Part shown: piece after piece, positions 1-8,934 of the stretch
Position numbering within the stretch: the stretch's first letter is position 1
How the letters are laid out: each line of letters opens with the position of its first letter
From: a virus
Strand: one strand, 5' to 3'
DNA: 64,000 nt
IMG/VR virus record: IMGVR_UViG_3300037826_000057
Span: 1-64,000 of that record
The notes under the pieces: model-generated
The model's database searches: none
Told to the model about the DNA's origin: nothing
The model's input: the letters and a program-made list of their open reading frames with translations, nothing else
Program-made: the position numbers and the translations under genes

Positions 1-232
1 GCGCCACTTCTTCTGTTCCAGAAACACAATATCCGTCGTAAGAACTTCCTGGGTCTATGCCCAAGCCCATCTCTTGCGTTTCGTCACCAACCTCAACAAG
101 CATCTGAATGTAGAATACACCCTCTTTTGTCCACTTTTTCTCTGCCACGCCATCCTCAAGCATCTTACGACACCTAGCTGGTGTGGTGGGCATTAAAGGT
201 TCACCCTCTTTTGAAATCACCGGTACTCGCAT
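1..232 (-). CDS. IscB/IsrB-family (RRXRR/PLMP) RNA-guided nuclease, N-terminal part, runs off window start
   Basis: Manual translation MRVPVISKEGEPLMPTTPARCRKMLEDG...GLGIDPGSSYDG shows the PLMP motif and RuvC-I (GIDPG); SD GAGG upstream. Not in the ORF track because truncated. Confidence 0.9.
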   Translation of the reverse strand, partial: MRVPVISKEGEPLMPTTPARCRKMLEDGVAEKKWTKEGVFYIQMLVEVGDETQEMGLGIDPGSSYDGYCVSGTEEVA

Positions 233-244
233 TTATCCTCTTGT

Positions 245-503
245 CAGATTATTGCTGATAAACAGCCGAGCCTGACTACTCGTATATGTGCCCTCGCCAA
301 TGCGACTGAACGTGATGTCCGGTCTTTACCCGCGCCCCCGACAAGAGAGGACTTACAGAGCCAAAAACTGGGCAAGCATTCTTGGGTGTTACCATTCAGC
401 GCGTAGCCCTTGACTATATCCTTGCGGAAACGGGCTTAGGCTAGTCAACCTTATTGACATCCCTGTCCTGACAAGCTCCCCGCTAAAGCGGGGAGAAGTT
501 GAC
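245..503 (-). ncRNA. omega RNA (HEARO-like) scaffold of the IscB/IsrB element
   Basis: Minus strand: GTCAAC, hairpin CTCCCCGCTTTAGCGGGGAG, GTTGACTAGCCTAAG...CTACG...CACCC...ATGC..GCCCAGT...CTCTG...CATTGGCGAGG, directly upstream of the PLMP gene. 3' end approximate. Confidence 0.85.
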
Positions 504-645
504 CATTCCAAATTTTTATACGCCCAACTTCTTTTGGAAAGTGCTCACCCTCTACAAACACTTCTATTCTAGCCACTCGCAAACCTTTATAATCTGGGTT
601 AAGTACCATCTCTTCCGTGGTGGTTATATATTCAATTTCCATCAA
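451..645 (-). pseudogene. Phage ORF interrupted by the OMEGA element at about 503
   Basis: After ...IKIWN the frame runs into the element end (GQLLPALAG is encoded by the IS hairpin). Confidence 0.6.
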
Positions 646-998
646 TTTTCATCCCTAATTAGACAATCAAATAACATAGCATAAACTCTCAAATCCAATA
701 CTCTTCCAGAAATGTCTTCAGATAAAGTCTCTTCTCTCCCAGCATAATCAAGCATAGAAAGTAAATGTTTAATAAGATAAACCATTAAAACTATTTTAGG
801 AGTAATTTCAAAATTTACTTCGCGCCCACATTCACACGTTTCAGTCATTGGAATTCCCGCATTAAGAATGTAAGCAACAGTCTTAAAATTCGACAATGTA
901 TCCTCTTCGGAAGCATATTCTCTACCTTTGGTCACTAAAATCTTTAATTCTTTATCAAGATATTCATGTAAAATCTTTTCCCTTTCATCAGCCAGCAT
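642..998 (-). CDS. All-alpha MazG-like / nucleotide-modification-associated domain protein
   Basis: KGREYA..D.LSNFK...KH...EDISGRVLDL.VY pattern; SD AAGGAG supports ATG at 998. Confidence 0.5.
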   Translation of the reverse strand: MLADEREKILHEYLDKELKILVTKGREYASEEDTLSNFKTVAYILNAGIPMTETCECGREVNFEITPKIVLMVYLIKHLLSMLDYAGREETLSEDISGRVLDLRVYAMLFDCLIRDEN

Positions 999-999
999 A

Positions 1000-1251
1000 T
1001 TAATTCTCCTTATTAATTTCTGCTTCGTGAGCAACACAAATACCACAATGCGGACAATAGACTTGGGCAATATATCCACATGCCTGTAGATTTTTATCCA
1101 AATCCCCTACATCTGTAGGAATATCTGCTTCAAAATTCCCGTTTTTTAGCTTAACTTCTTGAGAATAAAATTCTAATACAATATTGCATTTTAAAGACTC
1201 CTCACATTCAGGACATTGTGGGTGATAGTGTTTATCTCTGTTTAATTGCAT
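1000..1251 (-). CDS. Zn-ribbon protein
   Basis: CPEC...CPHC. Confidence 0.6.
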   Translation of the reverse strand: MQLNRDKHYHPQCPECEESLKCNIVLEFYSQEVKLKNGNFEADIPTDVGDLDKNLQACGYIAQVYCPHCGICVAHEAEINKEN

Positions 1252-1381
1252 GTTAATCTCTTTTATTCTTTAAAAGTTCCGAAAGTAAAATCCAAAATAA
1301 CGCAATAACTAATACAGCAATTATACAAGTATTACCAGTTAACAAAATGAAACCTAGAAGACCCGTAAGAACTTCCATTAT

Positions 1382-1600
1382 TTATTCTCCTTTACTTATT
1401 TCAAGTATATTAGCAATACGTTCCAGTGCTTCTGCTATGCGAATTAAATGTACATCTCGGTACGAAGATGAAGATTCAATTTTAAGACCCTCTTTAGGCC
1501 CCTTATCTCCCATCCACACTTTACCATCGCTCTTAAAGACAGAATCTTCATTTTCCTTTACACTGGGTTCAATTATTAATTTACCATCAGGACTTGGCAT
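1382..1600 (-). CDS. Hypothetical protein
   Basis: ORF with GGAG SD before MPSPDG. Confidence 0.55.
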   Translation of the reverse strand: MPSPDGKLIIEPSVKENEDSVFKSDGKVWMGDKGPKEGLKIESSSSYRDVHLIRIAEALERIANILEISKGE

Positions 1601-1743
1601 TGTTTGTTTTTTCCTCCAATTTCTTTGCACGCTCTATTAAAGCGTCTGCTAGATTATAAAATGCGCACCAGTTATCCTTCTCAGAAATGTCCAATCTAAA
1701 TAATTCTAGAGCAATTTTTCTATAGACTTCTGCTTTGACTATT

Positions 1744-2250
1744 TCATGTTCTTGTTGGTTCATCTTCTCTTTCCTTAATGTTTTTAGTGTAATTATCTGA
1801 TGTATAAAGGTGGTCTAAAGTTGCCCGCACTGAAGCAAAAGCATCAATGTAAAAGAACGAAATTTCATGCTGTTCTGCATTTGGATTCTCTCTTTTTTCA
1901 CGCCAATATTTTAATGCATTATTAACATATTTACGAAGAGATTGTTCCCTTGCTTTAACAGTTTCTAATTCTTTACGGCATCGTTCTAATTTTTCCCGCC
2001 AATACGCCCTAGTGCGTTCTTTTGTATCTTTACGAGCTTCCTTTCTGGCTCTATCAATTTCCTTCTTAACTTGGTCCTCACGTAAAAATTGTGAGCAAGT
2101 CTCATACCAGCGTCTAATTACATGTTGATTGAAAATTGGCTTACCCCTACAAATTCCTACATTTCCATTATAATCTTTCAATTCATACCAATGTATACAA
2201 TCAATGCAAAATTTGGATTTTTCTCCGTATCGTTCAGCCAAGATAGTCAT
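1744..2250 (-). CDS. Hypothetical protein (Cys-rich N-terminus, coiled coil)
   Basis: 168 aa ORF, SD AAGGAG. Confidence 0.65.
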   Translation of the reverse strand: MTILAERYGEKSKFCIDCIHWYELKDYNGNVGICRGKPIFNQHVIRRWYETCSQFLREDQVKKEIDRARKEARKDTKERTRAYWREKLERCRKELETVKAREQSLRKYVNNALKYWREKRENPNAEQHEISFFYIDAFASVRATLDHLYTSDNYTKNIKEREDEPTRT

Positions 2251-2293
2251 TATACAACTCCTTACTCTAGCAGATTTTTACATTTAATAGACA

Positions 2294-2365
2294 AGCTTTA
2301 TCCTAGACTTGCACTAGGCTCTCCGGCTTACAAAGCCGGTGCATCGCTATCTATGCTTATAAAGC
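2294..2365 (-). tRNA. tRNA-Thr(UGU)
   Basis: Acceptor GCTTTAT/ATAAAGC; anticodon arm CCGGC-TTTGTAA-GCCGG; T arm CCTAG-TGCAAGT-CTAGG. Confidence 0.85.
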
Positions 2366-2377
2366 CAATCTATTATC

Positions 2378-2422
2378 ATTATATCACACTCTGTCTGATT
2401 TGTCAAGTATTTAGTTCACGAT
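2378..2422 (-). promoter_or_regulatory. sigma70-type promoter, class A, driving tRNA-Thr
   Basis: CGTGAACTAAATAC-TTGACA-17-TATAAT. Confidence 0.85.
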
Positions 2423-3082
2423 TTCTTCTAGAGGCCATTCCCAATCTTCAAGTGGGCGCTCAAGCATTCCCAGCATTTTTTCTCTGTCGCGCCCATAGAC
2501 ATGAGCTGAATCAATGAATTCTCTGTAAATTCCAATTTCAAAGCCTAAAGTTTCGGATAATTTCTTATGTAAATGTGCAAAAGCAAATACATTACTACCC
2601 CAAGCCTTAAGAGCGTCTCTACTACGCCAATGTGTATGCATATCTAATTTACCTTCACGCAATCTAAGCCAAGCCCTTTGAAAACAAGGTGGATATTCTG
2701 CACCCAAATCTTCATCTGGACGCCACGTAATAAACTGTGCTCGCCGAGTATATGCATTACGCTCCAATTCATATATAGTACCATCTAATTGGTTTTTAAA
2801 CCTATCATGATATGTGTAACTTAATGTATCAGCGTGTATATCCATAGAACCTTCTACAACTTCATCAGCATAATTCATTAAACTGTCTTTAGTATCCCAT
2901 ACGGCCTTTGAAAATATTGGTGGATTCCAGGGATTTTGCACTTCAATACTTGCTACAATATCTAAACTTTTCTTTTCATTTGGTTTATCATAATCAGTTG
3001 GGATTTCTATTCCGTATTCGTGAATAGCCACTAATAAACCTTTGTGTGCCCAAGCAAAATTATCTGCAACAATTTTATACAT
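2411..3082 (-). CDS. thyA: Thymidylate synthase family, short archaeal-like type (TS or dUMP hydroxymethylase)
   Basis: YTYHDR, TRRA, catalytic PPC, WRSRD...WGSN, SAHVY. Confidence 0.85.
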   Translation of the reverse strand: MYKIVADNFAWAHKGLLVAIHEYGIEIPTDYDKPNEKKSLDIVASIEVQNPWNPPIFSKAVWDTKDSLMNYADEVVEGSMDIHADTLSYTYHDRFKNQLDGTIYELERNAYTRRAQFITWRPDEDLGAEYPPCFQRAWLRLREGKLDMHTHWRSRDALKAWGSNVFAFAHLHKKLSETLGFEIGIYREFIDSAHVYGRDREKMLGMLERPLEDWEWPLEEIVN

Positions 3083-3083
3083 A

Positions 3084-3752
3084 TTATCTCCCTAACAGAT
3101 TATACCGGCGCAGCCTATTCAACAATTCCTTAGAAGCTGCCTTCTCACTGTCTTCCCAAATTTGATAGCAATAAGCTTGTATGCGTTCTTCTGACCAATC
3201 CTTTTTGTCATCTTCCTTATTAACATATGAAATACATCTCGAAATAAATTCCTCTTTTCCTTCGTTCTCTCTTGGCTTCGGCATTTTTTCCTCCTTTAAT
3301 AAACCTTCTATATCCTGTTCGCCTTCTAAAAGGTAATTAACTTTTACAAGACGCAGATAAAAATCTGAATTAAAATATTCTTCCCAACGTATTCTTGTAT
3401 ACGCATCAACTTCTACTATTATATTGTTTCTACGCATCCAATTACAACTACCGTCTACCCAGCTACAACAATCTACAATTAGAAATTTTTCGTATTCTTT
3501 ATATCCTTCCGGCTTTAAATATATAGTTTCACCTATACTTTCCTGATCCCAAAAAGCAACATATCCATCATATTCTTCTAAGTTTGTATTTAATTGTCCC
3601 ATACTTCTTCTATTTCTTATTACTTGCTGCATTACTCCTATATCATATTGTGAAGCTTGTGCTTCTCCAGGGATAATTGGTGCAAACCCTAATGTAAAAA
3701 CAGTAGCAACAAGGTTAAAGAATAGAAAAAGCTTTTTCAGTTGTGTTTCCAG
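3084..3752 (-). CDS. Exported protein with putative RlpA-like double-psi barrel; in-frame C-terminal MPKPRENE module with its own SD
   Basis: Frame open upstream of 3632 to a CTG at 3752 with SD AAGGAGGT, adding a signal peptide; internal AAGGAGG then ATG near 3284. Confidence 0.55.
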   Translation of the reverse strand: METQLKKLFLFFNLVATVFTLGFAPIIPGEAQASQYDIGVMQQVIRNRRSMGQLNTNLEEYDGYVAFWDQESIGETIYLKPEGYKEYEKFLIVDCCSWVDGSCNWMRRNNIIVEVDAYTRIRWEEYFNSDFYLRLVKVNYLLEGEQDIEGLLKEEKMPKPRENEGKEEFISRCISYVNKEDDKKDWSEERIQAYCYQIWEDSEKAASKELLNRLRRYNLLGR

Positions 3753-3915
3753 AAAAGACCTCCTTTGCTTTTAAATATTTATCTAATTCATAATAATCAA
3801 AATGTTTTTGCCCATCTTTCCCCTTTGTCATTGAGACCGCATACCACTTATCTTGGTCAAACGAATATCCAGAATCCGGGTAAGCTAGCATTTTAGCGAC
3901 TATAACTTTTTGCAT
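3715..3915 (-). CDS. Hypothetical protein
   Basis: ORF with AGGAG SD. Confidence 0.6.
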   Translation of the reverse strand: MQKVIVAKMLAYPDSGYSFDQDKWYAVSMTKGKDGQKHFDYYELDKYLKAKEVFSGNTTEKAFSIL

Positions 3916-3921
3916 AATCTC

Positions 3922-4698
3922 CTATTCGATGTGATATTCTACATCATTTAAATTAGCCTGAAGTAATTCTAGCATTTCAGGATTTTTATCAATTCCAATA
4001 CCTACTCTGTTAAGTTCGTTTGCAACTTTAACAACAGTTCCAGAACCTACAAACGGGTCTAAAATAATATCTCCTGGCTCAGAGTACATTTTAATTAGTC
4101 TATATGCAAGTTCTTCTGGAAATTTTGCTAGCTTAGTATCACCAACTTGTTCATTCGTATTTACACAAGGTATCTGCCAAACTCCATCTACCCAATCTCT
4201 CCATTCTTCATATTGCATATCTACTTCCTTGTCTTCCATTGGGCCTAATTTACGCCAAATAAAAATATACTCCCAATTAGGAGAGATACGCATTCGCCCA
4301 GTAAACCTACCGCTATTAGATATATGTCTAGCACCATCCAACATAACACGCTTCTTATCCCAAATTATTCTTCCCCATAGATCACACTGTTCAGAGAAGA
4401 TATCCACGTAATTTGGTACGTATGTAATTTCTAATGAGCGTCCAAAATGCTTATAATTTGCATATCTATCTGCAAAATTAACAGCTACTTTTCCAGAACC
4501 TTCAATTAAATTTAAGCTCTTAGTAAATACATCAGAAATAATATCCCAATAATGTTCTTCACTTTTAATATATTCTTCATAACCTCTTGCTACAAAATAA
4601 GGTGGTGATGTAAATAATAAAGTAATACTATTCTTAAATTCTTCGTTAAGCTCTGGAATAATCTTTCTTGAATCTCCAATATAAATTCTACTTTTCAA
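3922..4698 (-). CDS. DNA methyltransferase, beta class, probably N4-cytosine
   Basis: TSPPY catalytic motif; DPFVGSGT SAM motif. Confidence 0.9.
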   Translation of the reverse strand: MKSRIYIGDSRKIIPELNEEFKNSITLLFTSPPYFVARGYEEYIKSEEHYWDIISDVFTKSLNLIEGSGKVAVNFADRYANYKHFGRSLEITYVPNYVDIFSEQCDLWGRIIWDKKRVMLDGARHISNSGRFTGRMRISPNWEYIFIWRKLGPMEDKEVDMQYEEWRDWVDGVWQIPCVNTNEQVGDTKLAKFPEELAYRLIKMYSEPGDIILDPFVGSGTVVKVANELNRVGIGIDKNPEMLELLQANLNDVEYHIE

Positions 4699-4707
4699 AT
4701 TAACCTC

Positions 4708-4944
4708 CTATAGATTTCTATATTCATGCAAAGTTTCAACTAAGCTCTCTGTAAGAAAATCATCATTTCTAGTTACAATGAACGACAATAAACGCTGTAC
4801 ATCTGATTTAAGCAAGGGCACATAAACAATATCATGACTCTCCTCACATTTTTCAGCTGCTTCCATAGCTAATGATTCCTTCTTAGCAGTGTACTCCTTT
4901 CCACATACATCACATGTTACTGTAAAACTTTTCTTCGTAGGCAT
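4708..4944 (-). CDS. Small Zn-finger-like protein
   Basis: CDVC...C...H; SD GGAGGTG supports start at 4944. Confidence 0.6.
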   Translation of the reverse strand: MPTKKSFTVTCDVCGKEYTAKKESLAMEAAEKCEESHDIVYVPLLKSDVQRLLSFIVTRNDDFLTESLVETLHEYRNL

Positions 4945-5114
4945 TATCACCTCCATACTAAGTGGGGGAAGGGGGATTAGCGCAACTAGGGGGTTGGGGG
5001 CTTTGCCTTTTATTAAGCAGAAACACAATAGAGAAATCAAAAAAAAATTAAAATTATTGTGTAACACAAGTCGAGCAAAGCGAGACTTGTCTTATAGGTA
5101 TTCTTTGTAATAAT

Positions 5115-5230
5115 AAAGTCTCTGTTAAAGTCTCTGTATTAGAAATGTAACTCAGTTACATTTCCATTTGTAACTCAGTTACATTTGCCCCCCTTCCATT
5201 TGTAACTCAGTTACATTTGCCCCCCCCCCC
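5115..5230. repeat. Three palindromic TGTAAC-TCA-GTTACA boxes, two AAAGTCTCTGT repeats and C6/C11 tracts (iteron/operator-like)
   Basis: Boxes at 5146, 5169 and 5201. Confidence 0.9.
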
Positions 5231-5241
5231 ACCTCGGCCAT

Positions 5242-5652
5242 TTATTCTAAATTTTCTAAATAATCTGACAGGGCCTGTCTAAAATTGTCTGGAACAATTC
5301 GGATAAAAGTTGCTTTCTTGCCCCTGAAAATAGAAATTTTAACTTCTATAAGCTGCATATCTTCTAATATTTCAACTGCTTTATCAAAGTACCACCTATT
5401 TAAAACTAATTCCTCATACCATTCTTTTCTTGTTTTTGCTATCCAAAAATGCCCATCTTTTACAACCCTTAATCTAGTTTTCTTATTTCCACTGATTGGT
5501 TGCTTGTACCAATAAATCAATTGAGAAAGTAATTTCCCAGCATTAAAATCTTGGCACATATCTACATAACAATATCTAACAAAAATGCCTTCTGATGGAG
5601 CGACTTTATCTAAATTTTGAACTTCTAGTATCTCTTCAATTCTATCCCGCAT
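5242..5652 (-). CDS. Phage replication-initiator-like winged-helix protein (N-terminal domain only)
   Basis: AGKLLSQLIYW...WIAKT.KEW.EEL......A...L....LIE pattern of phage replisome organisers. Confidence 0.7.
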   Translation of the reverse strand: MRDRIEEILEVQNLDKVAPSEGIFVRYCYVDMCQDFNAGKLLSQLIYWYKQPISGNKKTRLRVVKDGHFWIAKTRKEWYEELVLNRWYFDKAVEILEDMQLIEVKISIFRGKKATFIRIVPDNFRQALSDYLENLE

Positions 5653-5690
5653 TATACAGTCCCCCGCTTAAAATATTATTTTATACCTCC

Positions 5691-5912
5691 TTAATCAATA
5701 GCATTATATCTCTTTGTACTTAGATATATCTTTTCGTAGCGTCTAATCACTTGAATATATTTAAGTACACCACAATATACAATTACTTTTAAATCTCCTT
5801 CTACAGTCCAATTTTCATCCTCTTTAGATATAAAGAAGTTTATGCGGTCTTCTAAATCCTGCTTACTTGAGGATTCTAAAATTTTATATTCTACTGTATT
5901 TGTTAAATGCAT
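5691..5912 (-). CDS. Small DUF1737-like protein
   Basis: YKIL....DLE.RIN......W...G......YIQ pattern. Confidence 0.5.
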   Translation of the reverse strand: MHLTNTVEYKILESSSKQDLEDRINFFISKEDENWTVEGDLKVIVYCGVLKYIQVIRRYEKIYLSTKRYNAID

Positions 5913-5972
5913 TTTTCCTCCTTATAAAATAACACTTATAAATGACGCAGAGCCTTTCCGAGCCTCACGTAA

Positions 5973-6056
5973 AGTATAACACATTCGGCGAGTTTTGTCA
6001 AGTGTTTTAATTCGTGAATTATTTACTTGACAAAACGCCCCACTGTGTGTTATAAT
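5973..6056. promoter_or_regulatory. Back-to-back class A sigma70 promoters
   Basis: Minus: TTGACA(6001-5996)-17-TATACT. Plus: CGTGAATTATTTAC-TTGACA(6027)-18-TATAAT(6051). Confidence 0.85.
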
Positions 6057-6089
6057 ATAGTTGAGTTTGGACAGGCATAGAAAAGGAGA

Positions 6090-7859
6090 GTGTGTATGAA
6101 CCAAGAATATGTTTTTTCTCAAGGCGTGTTGGAGAGTGAGGTTATGCCCGACATCGGTGCTTATGATATTTTATTTCTAGACTTAGAAACCAGAGGTCTA
6201 GATGCTAGAAATGATGAAATTCTTTTAATGCAGCTGAGCACCAGAAATAAAAATATTTGGGTATTAGATGTTAGAAAATTAAACCTTAAACCTTTAATTA
6301 CTATGTTATCTGATATTAATCCCCTTATTGTAGCTCACAATGCTAAATTTGATTTAAAGTTTTTAAAGTATAATTATGATTACATGCCCAAAAGAATATA
6401 TTGTACTATGATTGCTAATGCTTTAATCAATAATGGAAGAGGTAAAGCATTTGTATCCCTCAGGGATTTAGTAGAGAAATTTGCTGATGTTCGCTTGAAC
6501 AAGGATGTGCGTGGAACATTTAAATATACTTATGGAGATTTAACACAGGATCAAATAAATTATGCAGCAGAAGATGTCATGTATATGCCGGAAATACTGG
6601 AAGCACAGATAGATACATTAAAAAGAGATAATTTAATAGATGTTTCAAAATTAGAGTTTGATGTACTTCCAGCTGCTATAGATATGGAATTAAATGGCAT
6701 ACTCATAGATCAGGCAAAATGGGAAAAGTTAGCTAAGACGCATAAAAAGAAACTATCTAATTTGGAAATGCGTATTGCCAAGTTGTTGGGCAATGTGGAT
6801 GTACAATCTTCGTTTTTAAATACTCCAAAAATAGGAATAAATCTTAATAGTCCGAAACAAGTAAAAGCAAAATTCAAGGAGATGGGAATTGATATTGAGG
6901 ATACGCGTGAAGATACTTTAAGTAAAATAGACCATCCATTTGCAGAGATGTTATTACAACATAGAGAATTATCTAAACAGGCGAGTACGTATGGTTTAAG
7001 CTTCTTAGATCACGTTGAAGAAGATGGACGTATTCGCTCACGCTATAATCAAATTGGTGCTACTACTGGTAGATGGAGCAGTTCTTCACCAAACCTTCAG
7101 AATATTCCAGCTGAAAAAGAATATCGCAGTTGTTTTATTGCTGAAGACGGGAATCTAATGATAACAGCTGATTTCTCTCAGGTAGAATTAAGAACTGTTG
7201 CAGTAGAAGCAAATGAGCCAGCAATGCTAGAAGAGTACAAAAAGAAAGATGCTGACTTACATACGCTAACAGCTTCACGCATTGAGGGTGTACCATTCGA
7301 TGAAGTTACTCCAGCGCAGAGAAGTATTGCTAAAAGTGTCAACTTCGGAACAGTATATGGAATTTCTAAATATGGACTATATCGTAAATTTAATATACCA
7401 TTGGAAGAGGGTGAAAGATTTATTAACGGATTCTTTGATGTATATCCAAATGTTAATGAATATATGCAACGCCAGGGTAGGAAAGGTATTTCCAAAGGTT
7501 ATAATACAACTAAACTTGGGCGTAGAAAATATTTTAAGCGTCCGCCTATTAATGATTCAGAATATGGGCGAAAAATGAGTAGTATTCGTAGGAGATCAGC
7601 TAATTTCCCGATTCAGGGTGGGGCTGCTGATATTATGAAACAAGCTATTGTTAATGTGTACAATGCTATTAAGCCATACGATGCTAAATTAATTAACACA
7701 GTACACGATGAACTTAGTGTTGAATTTTCAAAAGATCAGACAAGTGAAGTAGTTTCAACAGTTATTGATAATATGATGTTAGCCGGCGAACAAATTATGA
7801 GTGAGGATATGCGATGGAAAGTCGGCTCAAAAGTCGGCAAGTATTGGATGAAAGCGTAA
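6090..7859 (+). CDS. polA: DNA polymerase family A with 3'-5' exonuclease
   Basis: DLET, HNAKFD, YAAED; TGRWSS..PNLQN, ADFSQVELR, R..AK.VNFG..YG, VHDE. Confidence 0.97.
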   Translation: MCMNQEYVFSQGVLESEVMPDIGAYDILFLDLETRGLDARNDEILLMQLSTRNKNIWVLDVRKLNLKPLITMLSDINPLIVAHNAKFDLKFLKYNYDYMPKRIYCTMIANALINNGRGKAFVSLRDLVEKFADVRLNKDVRGTFKYTYGDLTQDQINYAAEDVMYMPEILEAQIDTLKRDNLIDVSKLEFDVLPAAIDMELNGILIDQAKWEKLAKTHKKKLSNLEMRIAKLLGNVDVQSSFLNTPKIGINLNSPKQVKAKFKEMGIDIEDTREDTLSKIDHPFAEMLLQHRELSKQASTYGLSFLDHVEEDGRIRSRYNQIGATTGRWSSSSPNLQNIPAEKEYRSCFIAEDGNLMITADFSQVELRTVAVEANEPAMLEEYKKKDADLHTLTASRIEGVPFDEVTPAQRSIAKSVNFGTVYGISKYGLYRKFNIPLEEGERFINGFFDVYPNVNEYMQRQGRKGISKGYNTTKLGRRKYFKRPPINDSEYGRKMSSIRRRSANFPIQGGAADIMKQAIVNVYNAIKPYDAKLINTVHDELSVEFSKDQTSEVVSTVIDNMMLAGEQIMSEDMRWKVGSKVGKYWMKA

Positions 7860-7860
7860 A

Positions 7861-7906
7861 ATTCGTGAACTAAATACTTGACAAAATGAGTGAGATGTGT
7901 TATAAT
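7861..7906 (+). promoter_or_regulatory. Class A sigma70 promoter
   Basis: CGTGAACTAAATAC-TTGACA-17-TATAAT. Confidence 0.85.
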
Positions 7907-7917
7907 AAGAGTACAGT

Positions 7918-8934
7918 ATGAAAAAACTTAGTGATTTGACATTGAAGAAAATTAAAAAGACTTATGAGGAAGAGTCTTTGTATCTTGTTTCGGAGTTTCC
8001 TAAACAAGAAGTTGAAGTAATTCCAACAGGCGCTTTATTATTGGATGAAGCATTAGGAGTTGGTGGTATTCCAAAAGGCAGAGTAACAGAGATTTATGGC
8101 CCACAGAGTGTTGGAAAAACAACCTTGTGTCAGCATATAGTGGCTAATGCTCAAGCTCAAGGTGACCTTGCTACAATTATTGATGTTGAACATGCTTTAG
8201 ATATTGATTATGCTAGGCGATGTGGAGTTAAATGGGATGAATTATATTTATCTCAACCAAATTTTGCTAAAGAGGCATTAGGTGTTGCTGAAATTCTTAT
8301 AGAAAGTGGAGAAGCTGATTTAATTATTATTGATTCTATAGCTTCTCTTTCACCAGAAAAAGAAAGTGAAGGTGAGTTTGAAGATAAAAATGTAACTGGA
8401 ATGCAACGTGCTAAATTGCTTAATGTATTTTTCCGTAGAGTATTACCGGATTTACAGAAGCACAATGTAGCTTTAGTTTTAACTAATCAGATGCGTGATA
8501 ACACTAATTCCTTTTGGGGTGGATTAGTTACGATGGGAGGTCACGGTGTAAAATATTATTCAAGTGTTAGAATTAAACTTTGGAGAGATTCAACTATTGA
8601 AGATTCGGGACAAGAAATAGGTCAGGTAGTTGAAGCCACTATTAAAAAGAACAGAGTAGCTCCCCCATTTAAGAAAGCTAAATTCTCAATTGTTGGTAGT
8701 GATGGGATTGATAAAGCGGGGGATGTACTTAATACAGCAGTTGAAATTGGTGTTATTCAGAAACGCGCTTCTTACTATAAGTATAAGGGAGATGTACTTG
8801 CGCAAGGCGAAGCTAATACCATAAAACATTTAAAGGAAAATCCAGAACTAGTTAAGGAGCTGGATGCAAAGTGCAGAGACGAGTTGTTTGGAGCAGATAC
8901 AGGAGAAGTAGAAGAGGAGAGTAAAAATGTCTGA
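7918..8934 (+). CDS. recA: RecA recombinase
   Basis: GGIPKGRVTEIYGPQSVGKTT, IIIDSIASL, TNQMR, KNRVAPPFK. Confidence 0.97.
   Translation: MKKLSDLTLKKIKKTYEEESLYLVSEFPKQEVEVIPTGALLLDEALGVGGIPKGRVTEIYGPQSVGKTTLCQHIVANAQAQGDLATIIDVEHALDIDYARRCGVKWDELYLSQPNFAKEALGVAEILIESGEADLIIIDSIASLSPEKESEGEFEDKNVTGMQRAKLLNVFFRRVLPDLQKHNVALVLTNQMRDNTNSFWGGLVTMGGHGVKYYSSVRIKLWRDSTIEDSGQEIGQVVEATIKKNRVAPPFKKAKFSIVGSDGIDKAGDVLNTAVEIGVIQKRASYYKYKGDVLAQGEANTIKHLKENPELVKELDAKCRDELFGADTGEVEEESKNV

Larger units (their letters stand above)
1..503 (-). mobile_element. IS200/IS605-superfamily OMEGA element (partial)
   Basis: GTCAAC end and subterminal hairpin (476-495), then omega RNA and the IscB/IsrB ORF. Confidence 0.8.

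Noticed and set aside
5922-6122. 66-aa minus-strand ORF
   Set aside because: Overlaps the divergent promoter pair and the polA start.
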